64,000 nucleotides of DNA, taken from positions 24,676,001 through 24,740,000 of the forward strand of contig CM022665.1 of assembly GCA_012295275.1 (NCBI GenBank). The letters are read 5' to 3'. The notes below the pieces were generated by a model. That model ran no database searches. It was not told the origin of the DNA and saw only the letters and a program-made list of their open reading frames with translations. The translations under genes and the position numbers were made by a program. This DNA comes from Chrysomallon squamiferum. Taxonomy: Eukaryota; Animalia; Mollusca. Below are positions 53,001 through 64,000 of the stretch, piece by piece; position 1 is the first letter of the stretch, and every line of letters starts with the position of its first letter.

Positions 53001-54699
53001 TATTTGCGGAGTTGTGCTATACCGGATATTTACTCTACCTCTCCGCTTACGTCAAATATATTATTAATTATATATACTTAGTGGTTTCCAAAGTTTATTA
53101 TTTTTAATCAGCAGGCTAAACATGACAATTATATTTTGTTAAGTTGTAAAACTGTATGCTTCCATTCAATATTGACTTGTATCGATTAGTAATTAAATGC
53201 CTTATATATTAATGTTTCCTACAGATGGACTGGTTACGCCGATGAACTAACTGGTAAATTTTGGGACTAAACCAGTTCATTATTTGTTTATGGCGAGAGA
53301 ATAATAAACATTTTTTTTTTTTATTTTTTTGACAGTGAAATGTTAAATGAAATTATGCAAATTCTCAATAATTATTTGCGTTCTGTTGCGTCTTGCAGCT
53401 TAGCAGTCCTAGAATAAATGGTCTTCAAGGTCGAACGAGAGTGTGTAATTGCAGGAAATAATGGTTTTCTCTGACCGCTAGGGTCTCTAAAGATACAATA
53501 AAAAGACAGCAATTTCTTTTGAGCAAATCACTAAAAAGTCTTATTAGTCTGGGAAACATAAAAACCTCTACCCACACAGAACGTTTGAAAAGGAAGCAAC
53601 CACAATGGAGTTGAATTCGTTTGAGGTGTAAAATAAGTCTTCGGATCAATTTCCTTTTCTGGACATATAAGTCTTCTTTCTTTTTCATTCAGCTATTCTC
53701 TCCACTGAGTTATAATAATGATATTTTCTTGATAAGAGGGATATTAAAAAAGTGAAAGTTTCTAACGAAATGTCAACGGGTTTTTTTTCACACTAGAATA
53801 CTAATGTCAATCAAAGACATTACAGGAAACTAATTTCAGCGGTAGATACAGACACCAAAATTATGAATGTCGAACTGGAACATAAAAAATAATAAAGGAA
53901 AATGTTTTATTAATTTTGATAATGTAGAATGACAGTACAAAAAATATAGGGAAAGAATAAAGAAACAGATTTATACTAACATAATCATATTTATGTAGTA
54001 AGGGAATCACGTATATATTAAGATCTATATACAGAGATAGATGGATAGATAGAGAGATAGAGATAATCAGTCTTTATATTTAGACAGATATATAAAATAT
54101 ATAGTTATACGGATAGGTTGAGAAATAGAGATGAACAGATGCATTTAAAGGTTCAAGTCCGCCATATTTTTTTATATAATCTCGATAAAAATATGTAGCA
54201 TCATTAGAATATGTATGGTACAATGAACTTACAAAAATAATTATTTTACGTGTTTATGTGGGTGTAATAACTGATTGAAATTAAAACTTTTCCGTTTGTT
54301 ATATTGTTGATTAAACAACAGAAAGATGAAAAGATTGCGTGGAATTAAGGTTTTCGTTTCATCTGGCAGAGAAAGGAATTGCGTATGACAACGAAGACGT
54401 TTCTTCTGTGAGATGCAAACAGTCATTATTACCAAGGAACCGAACGGTCATTGAACCACCGATTATAAGAATACATTTACATTAAAAATACTGCGAACGT
54501 TACTACAAGGTCACACGTTAGGTCAGTCTGACAATAACCAAGACCCATGCACAGCGCTAGTATGTTCTATGTATCATGTGTATCGGTGGAGTTCTGATCG
54601 TTTCACAAACCATAATTCATCCTGTTGAAGATAATGATTTATATTTGAGGAAGCGGTCTGCAGTTTACTGATGTGAAAGCAGGTTTCAAATGTGGAAAG

Positions 54700-54812
54700 T
54701 AATTGATCTCTGTGCTCCCAATGGGCTTTATCCAGTTCCAACCAGTTTCCCGCCGCTAGTTTATACAAAAGCCTTCTCTGTGGCGAATAAAAATCCCTTG
54801 ATGCTAATCGAT
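54700..54812 (+). mobile_element. Degenerate SINE remnant (MetaSINE-like core)
   Basis: CCCAATGGGCT..GTTCCAACCAGT..CTAGTTTATACAAAAGCC..CTGTGG..ATAAAAATCCCTTGATGCTAATCG resembles, from recall, the Meta-core SINE consensus with an internal deletion. Confidence 0.5.
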
Positions 54813-54845
54813 ACTTAAAGGAATTTATTGTAGTAGTAGTGGTGG

Positions 54846-54882
<37 letters not shown>

Positions 54883-54913
54883 CTTAAACTTAGAAGTGCT
54901 TTTTTTTTCTTCT

Positions 54914-54944
<31 letters not shown>

Positions 54945-55199
54945 CCACTCATAGTTTGACTAAATATAAACCTAACACGGGTTTTTAATGTTTTACAAAC
55001 GTTATTTGTGAAGGACTCATTTGCTACAACGAGTTGATAAATATTTGTCTTGTGTAGGACTGAAGTAACTTTAAATAAACCAATAAAAGCAGTTGTTTTC
55101 CTATGTTCATTACATGTCTGTGAGGGAAAGAAAGAAATAATAAGTTATCTCGTATTTCAATCACACAGAGAAAACGCTCGTCTTGCATAATTCAATCCA

Positions 55200-55401
55200 A
55201 AGCGTTAAAGGCTCCTTTTGAAAAGCTTCGCTCATTGGTCAATTATCGCGACGGTACAGCCAATAAACACAAGCCTCTTAAAATCAATTGAAGGTTTCAG
55301 GTCTTGTCAAAGCAGTAGTAATAGGTCTGGTGTCATGCTAGTGTGAACAAGTGACGGTGTAACTGTAAAGTTTCTAAAAGTTCAGTTTGTTTTTGTTACA
55401 G
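55200..55401 (+). promoter_or_regulatory. Probable QPCT proximal promoter / 5'UTR region
   Basis: Opposed CCAAT boxes (ATTGG 55234-55238, CCAAT 55260-55264), CpG-rich, 200 bp upstream of the ATG; acceptor-like TTTTTGTTACAG ending at 55401. Confidence 0.5.
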
Positions 55402-55448
55402 GACGAAAGAATCAGCGACAGCGAAAATATTAAGGATTTCACGACAAA

Positions 55449-55529
55449 ATGGTTTACTGGGAGATACGTCTGTGGCTTTTGTTTTTAGTAGTTTATTACG
55501 TGGCGTGTGGGAAAGAAGATTACAGCAAG
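55449..55529 (+). CDS. QPCT: QPCT exon 1 (signal peptide)
   Basis: AAAATGG start with upstream in-frame TAA; MVYWEIRLWLLFLVVYYVACGKEDYSK; perfect AAG|GTAAGT donor, phase 0 matches exon 2; lies at the CpG-rich/CpG-poor boundary. Confidence 0.75.
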
Positions 55530-55913
55530 GTAAGTCGGTGATCATCTTGATCAAGATTGATGTGACATTCTGAGTTCTGAACAAGTAATACTAAGTGTAT
55601 ATGTATGTGTGTATATCTACTAAAACATTATTACTGAATTATGAGCGATGAAGACACAAACTGACATAGTGACAGTTCGTAAAAATGTTCAGAAGCAAAC
55701 TTATACCTGAACTAATTAAAATGGGAAAAAAGAAAACAATAATTACAACAACAAAAAAGAAAAACAAAATGATTTAATTTCAGCGCCTTTTATTTCTTTA
55801 TTTATTTCTAATTTCCCTTTTTCAGATGAATTTTTAGTTATTTTTTTTTTTAAATTAATGATTAATTCCAAAAGTCAAAGTTGATACTTATAAAATGATT
55901 TATCATTTTATTA

Positions 55914-55949
<36 letters not shown>

Positions 55950-58899
55950 TCCTCTAATAAATCATTTCAAAACTGATAAATAATTTTATATTTGTAATAT
56001 ACATAGAAAGACCAAGACAGCACATAACTTTGACTAAACCTACACAGCACTTCAATATTTTTTTTATATCACTTAAATTCATAATTTGGTTAGTCATTGG
56101 TTCTTCTTTATCATAGGTTTTCATAAATTAGAGAACATTTTCATTTTTCTGAATTATTATAATTTTATGTGTTAGTTAATAAAAACAAAAAAACTAAATA
56201 TTTCAATTGTTAAGTTAGGGTGAGTGTTTTTTTGTGATCAGAAAAGCTATTAATTTAACTATGAGTCCATGTACTGTTTGTACAGTGATACATATTTTAA
56301 AAGCATTAAAATATAGTTTAAAAAAAAAAAAAAAAAAAAATAATAATAAAAAATACATTTAAAAACATTATGTTCAGTGTAAAGAAGTAGTATCTGGTAG
56401 ATTTGGTCTACTTTATTATTGGGTTTTTTTCTAAATAAATTTTTTTGGTAACTAGGTTGTCAGAATATATTTGTTTAAAATAAATGCTTTTAAAATTTTG
56501 TTTATGAAAAACAAAATAAAGAAAAAAGATATATTTATTAGGATTCATTTCTTGATTTATAATATGTACTATATATTACATTTCTTTTCTTACATACAAA
56601 ATTTCACTAGAAAAAAAAGAACAAACTATCCACACAAACACTACAGATGTAATTATATACTATGTAAAGTAAGCAGTCATCCAATTTATGGTTTAAACTT
56701 TACATTGTTTTCTTTCAAAATGTATTATTTCTCAGTTTGTGAGGTTTTGACATATTTTAGTTTTCATTCAGCACATACATATTATGTCTAAACTTATTAT
56801 TTATTATTTTAATTAGAATATTATTATTAAATTAATATAGATAAAAACAAAGCTGAACCAGGATAAGTTCATATTTCGGCCACTTGCAATGAAATTCATT
56901 CTTGACTTGAATAAAAAATTAAACTTCACAAACTCATTAAAAATCACTATTGTTGAAGGTTTTATCTTACATCAGCTTTTCTGTTTAGAAAGGTCCGTCC
57001 AGGTTAAACCTTTTAATTCGGTTGCAAGTAACAGATGGTCAGAATATAATACTTACACACCAGTCAGTAAGAAGTTAAGTTTTGTTAGGTATATTGACCG
57101 AAAGGTACACCTGCTTGTTATTATAGGTAGATATTTATACTGACTAAACAAACTAGTACAGTGGTTCACAGTGTTGGCTGATACGCAGTCAAAAACCAAG
57201 TATCAGATCTTAATAAAATAATATCCTGTCACATAACCTTTTTCTTCTTTTTTTGTCCTTTTTAAAAAAAAATCAAATATCTTGGTATGCACTTCACAGA
57301 TTATGGGAGATATGCAAAATATTCCATGAATTAATTGGTGTACTTTCATCTTTTACACCATTATGAAAGATTTTATTACTGAGATTTGGTTCCTGTTTAT
57401 ATTAAAATATGTTCAGATGTCTTTAAATATTTAGGAATTAATTCTTGAATTGGCTTAATCTCTTGTATAAGTTGAGAAAATGTATACTTACCATGCCTTC
57501 AAATACAAATTTGTATACTCACTTCTAGTGCTCAAGTAAAAATAATTGCTTTGTACGAAGTTTCTCCTTTTACTTAATTAATTTCAGCAAAGAACAGCCT
57601 TGAAATTTCATCTGATTTCATATTTACTTGAATAATTTTGTTAAATGCACCATCTGGAAAAGAAGAAGAAATAAGAATATCCTCAAAGCAAATAACAAAT
57701 CGAAAAGAAAATGAGATATAAGAAATTAAAGAAGGAAATAATATAAAAATAAATGTCAGAGACAAAGAAAACTTATTAAATATTTAACCTTTAAAAATAT
57801 AGAGAAACGGAAAATTGATTTTATCTAGTACTTTCATTTAGTTGAATGTTTATTAACAAAATTAATTAATTTCGGCGTAAATGCTTACAGCTATTTTCTA
57901 AGGATGGGACAAAGATTTTTATGTTAATTACTCTTAGCTTATTTTTATTCATATACTATCAAGTTCATGCAGTTTTCATTCAGTGGGCAAAATATTGTTT
58001 CTTATATATTCTCAAGTTATCCTCCCAACTCTCAAAAAAAAAAAAAAAAACACCTACACAAATCCCTTCCAGTCACCCCTACAAATCTAAGCAGCTTTAG
58101 ACATTCACTAACATGACATGAAGTGACTGAAAAAAAAAGCACAGGATTATTAATATTACATAGATTTGCTTTAAGGATCTTGCAAGGATGTAGTTATATA
58201 CAATACTAATATAATTTAGGTTCTTTTTAGTTCTTTTTAGTATTGTTAACGCTATTTTAAATAAAACCAAAATTTTATTATGTTCTTTCTTCAATGTAAT
58301 TATTTTTCTACCCAATAAGGCAGCAGCAATATTGTTGCATGTTTAAAGACAAGTAAAACCTCCTTAGCTAAAAAAATATGATAAATCCTACAAGTACTAC
58401 CAGCTAATGTGATCATAAATACATTTCTGAGAGTGTTCATCATTATTATAACTTATAGCTATCATAACAATACGCTGTCCTAATGTTATTATAATGTTAT
58501 TACACACAATTTAAAAATGTATATAAACAGTGATGAACAGTGTAATGAAATGTATTTGGGAATTTATAAACAATAAATTGTAAAAAAAAAATTACTAACA
58601 CTTCAGAATATGCTTCTTAGGTTTATTATTATTATTTTTTTTTTTTCTGAAAACTTTTGGCCAGCCAGGGTTTTTCCTCCTCCTTCTTGTTTTTATTTTT
58701 GATTAGTCCAAATATTTCTTTATTTTTTTTATAATGAAGTGATGGTTTTCATTTAACTATACTGGATAATGCACCAAATTAGACGTTCAGCATTTGTATA
58801 CATGCATGTCAGTGAATGAACTTTGAAATCATATAATCTTCTCTGTGCATGGCTTTGTATAAGTGTTTGCATTTGAATTAGTTTCTATACAGATTTGTG

Positions 58900-58933
<34 letters not shown>

Positions 58934-59225
58934 TCTGTGCAAGCTCTTGTGTATGTGTGTGTGTAGGTGTATGCATGTTTTCTGTTGGTGTAAGTGGTAG
59001 ATCTAAATCCTTAGTTACAGGCTATTTGTTATTTTTCAGCACAAACTCACCTTAACCATTACATTGATTAGGCTATATGCTTTATGGTAATTCAGTAAAC
59101 ATTATCATGTAAGAATTTTAATGCATTTGCAGACTATTAACTTAACCATTAGTTTTAATAGTCTTTACATGTATTTAGAAGTAATTTTGTCATTATCTTG
59201 CGAAATAAATGTAATATACCAGAAT

Positions 59226-59261
<36 letters not shown>

Positions 59262-59887
59262 TATTAAATCAAACCTTGTTTTTACTAACAACACTTAAAG
59301 AACAAACCCCAGTATAGCAATAGTATCATCTTAAAAATAATAGTGGCACATATTCTTGAATACATTAAAATTTCCCAACCCAGTATATTATTGCTACATT
59401 AAGAAATCTTCATATATCAGTCAACCCATTGAGAAACCCAGCTAAAACAAATGATGTGAACTTCACCAAAGGTTAATACTAATACAGTTACATAAGAAAA
59501 CATCTGGAGTAACACCCGCATAGAAATACTGAATGATAATCAATTTGTTATGTGTCTGCCATAATTACTTCCCTACAAGAAATGAGAGATCGTTTCCTTT
59601 TTGTCATCAATCTTTACTCAGATTTTCTGATGCATTTGTATAAACTTACTCTGTACATGGCTGTAACTAGACTCTTTCTGAAATAAGGCAAAAACACTTA
59701 AATGGGTGAGGGGTCTGGGAGCCACCTAAGGCCCCCAGAAGCTCTGACTTGAAAGTGGATATCATTTCTATTGGAATAGAGGTTTATATTTTATATTTTT
59801 TAAATAAAATCTTTGTATTAAAAAAAAAAATTGTTAATTTCGGTATGAAGCATTTGCCTCAGTGTAGTTTAGGTCATGCTGTAAGAA

Positions 59888-59937
<50 letters not shown>

Positions 59938-62210
59938 ATAGATAAGGCATCGATTGATAACCATCAGCTAAAATATTAATTCTTCACACAAAGAGATACT
60001 AGAAACTTTCACCTGTACAACACACAAACAATGAGTGGACAATTGATTATTAATATCAAAATAATCTATTTTTAGAAATGGCCTACATCTTTGCACATAA
60101 CTAAAACACTGTTTAAAATGTTTGCCTGTAACTGATAAATCCAGGAAAACTCGGTTATTACAATTATATTAACTTGTTTTCAGTAATCAGAGACTTTCCT
60201 CTAGAACAGATAGGATTGTCAATAATAAACACAGATTCTTGAATTATTTGTATAATAGAATACTACTCATGGTTATTAATGAATGGGGTGAAAAATCCAT
60301 AAAACAGTGCTTGTTTTTATTGATTAATTTGTAGAGTTGAATTTTATTTGTTTTCCAGACCTTGCATTTGTTTAGTTTATGATATTTTCAATGAACTGGT
60401 ATAAAATTTATTTGTTTTTTTCCACATTAGTTTTAAATGATAAACCTCAGATTCTTTCTATATTCTAATTTGTTTCATGGTCACATGATTATTATGTATT
60501 TACATAGAACTATCAATATTTTAATGGAAAAAATGAAGGTAAAACTAATTTCAGCTTATTAAGTCCTTAGATTTTACTTGATTTTTAACATCTTTTAAAG
60601 TCTTATTCAGACCAAATTTCACAGGTCTGTCTAGAATATTTTATTTATTTATTTAGTTATTTATTTATTTTGTAAGGAATTGTTAAACTTCTCAATTCTT
60701 TTCTTCTGAAATCATCTGAGACGTCTGTTTTAAAAAAAAATGTTTTCCTTTTTTTTCTTTCATAATGACATATTGCCAAAACATTTCATGATGAAGTGAT
60801 GGCCCTATGATGTTTTATTTTATTTTTATTTGAAGATTTGTAGGCCTAGTGTATAAATAAATAACAATAATACAGACACTGCCTGTGTTATCACAAATAA
60901 TATAATTTCAAATAATTTTCAACAGCTTCAATTATTGACTCCCACATTTTCTGTCAATAATGGAATTACTGCTATTTAGGAAATAATCATGGTTAAATGT
61001 TTGGGGTTTTGTTTTCACCCACATGACATATTCTGAATGCTAATTAATATTATCATTTCTTATTGTAGAAAAAATAAGATGTATTACTGTTATTATTATT
61101 ATAAATATGTTAAAGATAGAATTAAGAAGTATAATTTTAATTTTTAATTTTTTTTTTTGGTAATTTTATATTAGGAGAAAAATAACCAGATGCTTCAGCA
61201 CAACCTTTTATCCTTCATCTTTCCTTTTATCACTTGCACTGATTAAAATAGAAAAGAAACAACAGTTATTCTTTCATAAAGCTCTTTTTACAAAATCTTT
61301 TTTGACAAGCAAAAATGAAAAGAGATAAACAATATACATCTAATTTAAAAAAAACCCAAAACAACAGAAATGAATTGGAGTGAATCTTATAATGTTTTTT
61401 ATTTATTGGCTTCATTAGTCAGGAATGTTAAAATGTAAAGGAAAGCAATCCACAGGAATAAGTAGCCTATATGAGGATATTAATCGTTAGTCATTTAATT
61501 TTATGAAAGTGATGTTTTGAATTTTATGTAATGTTGGATGTATGAACTATATATTTTCATTTCTAGAATGAAGGGAAAACTGATTTTTTTTTTTGATATG
61601 ATTAGGTACATCTATAACACAAAAAAACTGTCCTATATTTTCATTAAACACTACAATATCATTCAACACCATTTCACTTGGATTATGATACACATCAAAT
61701 TCACCAGTTAGAGCAGACAGTAAAAAGGCAAAATGAATCTGTACAAATTAACAACTTCCTAGTTGCTCATATCCTTTGTGTTTAGCATCGTGATTATTTT
61801 CTGCTAAACATAATGGACATATGGCAAGATTGGACAATAGATTATTTGCTGAGATTAGGAAGCAGTGAGATAATCTTGTTAATGTACATTGCTTTATGCA
61901 GGCTCGCTTGACAGTTCAATTAGCACACGGTTAGAGTAATGTGCATTAAGCTTCCATAGTGTGTAGGCACAATCTGATTTCATTACTGCATGATCTTTTG
62001 TCACAAGATCATTATATTAGACTGTATTTCTTAATTAAAGTATCTGCAATGAGAGTACAGTAAAAAAAAAATATTTTTCATAATTTGTTCTGAATGAAAA
62101 ATGTATTCTGTTGGTTCAAAGATACTACTGTGTTGTCCAGATAAAGTGTAATACTGACATATGCTTAAAACAGTTAACAGTGAAGAAATTAAAAACTGAT
62201 TTGCAAGAAG

Positions 62211-62242
<32 letters not shown>

Positions 62243-63536
62243 ACATAAATATATAATTAAGATTTCAGGCAAAATGCTGTATATACCAAGTGTATTTTTT
62301 CACCACAACACAGGATGTCTCTTTTACAAAATTTGATATCTCCTACATATATAACATAGTTAAAATAATCTTTTGAAGATGAAATGGAACAGCTATATAA
62401 TAAAAAAGAATATATTGCAGTTTTCCCACTTGACTTCATAACTGAATGCTCATATTTCAGAGACCAAGAAAGAAATTTAAAATGCAGTTGAGAAAAGGTA
62501 TGAAGATTTTAGCTGAACTAGGAGACAGAGATACATTTTGGTACGATGATCTGAAGCCAATATTGATACCAAGGATACCAGGAACTGAGAACAACACAAA
62601 AGTACAACAGGTTGGTTTTTTTGATGTAATCCTTTAAAACATTTTCATAATACAAACTGTTTGTTTTATAAACATAGTTTGTGTGTCTATGTTTAATTGT
62701 TTCTTTCATGTAAATACATTTGAATGTCAGAATTGATTTTATTCATTCTGGCTGTGAAAACACATACATTTTGATAATTTAAATTCTAGTAAAGCAATCT
62801 TTTGTAAAAATACGATGTCATCTTTTAACATACAGTAAATAATTTGTTATAAAATGCAACCTATTTATGCTTTTTGTCAGATATATATATATATATATGT
62901 TCTTAATGTCTTCAGCATTGAGTGTTTTAAACATATATCATTAATTTTATTTTGTTGTTATTCCAATTCAAAAACAGAATCATGGAATCAATTATTTTTT
63001 CTTTATAATTTATAGGAACTGTAAACTCAACAGAACAACCCTTCCTGAAATGATAAATCTAATTTCTGGGGAATAATCAACATTGTTTTTAAAAGAAAAC
63101 CTTACTTAATAATATATAGGTTCATACACACCCACATTATTACTAACTATTAACTCGATCCAGACACACATCAGAATGTTGTATTTAGTGTTGAAAATGA
63201 ATATGTTACAATTAAAACAGAAAACAAATGTTTATGAAAGTTTTATTTTATTTTCAGCATATCAAAAACCGACTAAGGCCTCTAGGTTTCACTATAGAAG
63301 AGGATCACTTTGAGGACGATACTCCGTATGGACGAAAGCCTTTCACAAACATCATAGCCACATTCAACACCAGTGCACCTCGCAGACTTACACTCGCGTG
63401 CCATTTTGATTCAAAAGACATGACTCACGAGAGTCGACCATATCAGTTCATCGGAGCCACGGACTCGGCAGTGCCTTGTGCCATTCTGCTTGAGACTGCT
63501 CGTCTTCTTCAGTGCCTACTCAGCAAAAGAGAAAAA
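55449..63536 (+). CDS. QPCT: Glutaminyl-peptide cyclotransferase (glutaminyl cyclase, M28 family), exons 1-3; continues beyond window end
   Basis: Exons 55449-55529, 62461-62610 and 63258-63536 join in phase 0. Motifs LKPILIPRIPGT, TPYG..FTNIIAT, RRLTLACHFDSK, FIGATDSAVPCAILLE (Zn-ligand Asp and disulfide Cys pair). N-terminal hydrophobic signal peptide. Confidence 0.93.
62119..62246. repeat. Dispersed ~100-bp repeat with CA tail, copy 2 (QPCT intron 1)
   Basis: Clear alignment to 40021-40125. Confidence 0.8.
62461..62610 (+). CDS. QPCT: QPCT exon 2
   Basis: CAG|RPRKKFK...DDLKPILIPRIPGTENNTKVQQ|GTTGGT. Confidence 0.92.
63258..63536 (+). CDS. QPCT: QPCT exon 3
   Basis: CAG|HIKNRLRPLGF...LACHFDSK...GATDSAVPC...SKREK|GTTAGT. 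Confidence 0.95.
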
Positions 63537-64000
63537 GTTAGTCTGTTTAATACAGGGTAGTAATACTAATATTAATAACTTAACGGAAATATGAGTCATT
63601 TTTAAAAATATGTAATTTGAATAATTAAGAACTCTCTCAGAGGGCCCAAGACAACCTACAAATAATAATAATAATAATAATAATGATTAAAAAGGAATAA
63701 AGAAAGAAAAAAAAGCCCTTATTTTATTGTTATCATGAGCTTTATGTTCACATCTTACAAATCAGTAGATAATGTGTTGAACTTTTTATTAAGTCTGTTT
63801 CTTTTTTCAGAAAACTGATCTTTATATTGAAGTACAGTATTACAAAGGTTTTGATATGCCAGTAGCTAATAACATTTTAAATACTGAAAGTGTTAAGTTA
63901 GAACAGTTTTTGGATCTCTAGATTAAGAAATCAAAATAATATTAAATTAAAAATGTTTTCAATTTTATTTATTCGCCAGTGTTTATATTTATTTAACTGT

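Noticed and set aside
54574-54948. 124-aa minus-strand ORF, and a short plus-strand peptide ending LRKRSAVY resembling a neuropeptide precursor
   Set aside because: The ORF begins in poly-T/(AAT)n and overlaps a SINE remnant; the plus-strand peptide lacks a convincing start, signal peptide and splice context.
30400-62400. Conserved miRNAs (partial resemblances to miR-1 at about 56378, miR-277 at about 34942, miR-8 at about 51087)
   Set aside because: Seeds or 3' halves do not match and there is no supporting hairpin.
63811-63921. Possible QPCT exon 4 after TTTTTTCAG (KTDLYIEVQYY...)
   Set aside because: Does not contain the expected LQLIFFDGEEA motif and runs into a stop; the true exon 4 is probably beyond the window.

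Overview
Very AT-rich, intron-rich animal genomic DNA with abundant microsatellites. The SINE/MITE types suggest a mollusc or other lophotrochozoan (inference). Three protein-coding genes were reconstructed exon by exon. (1) The 5' half of glycogen phosphorylase on the minus strand (9 exons, runs off the window start, one GC-AG intron). (2) A complete 28-exon CEBPZ/Noc1/Mak21 gene on the plus strand (3153 nt CDS, 1050 aa), head-to-head with the phosphorylase. (3) The first three coding exons of a secreted glutaminyl-peptide cyclotransferase (QPCT-like) on the plus strand, running off the window end. Between CEBPZ and QPCT lies about 25 kb of CpG-retaining sequence with no recognisable gene. 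It holds MITEs, a Tigger relic, SINE remnants, a perfect 30-bp hairpin, minisatellites and enhancer-like islands, including a TIR-bounded element carrying a canonical NF-kB site. Most notable: apparently ancient CEBPZ-QPCT(-PYG) linkage, human-like PYG intron positions, a visible CpG mosaic and the kB-bearing MITE. No clearly novel multi-gene system could be demonstrated from sequence alone.
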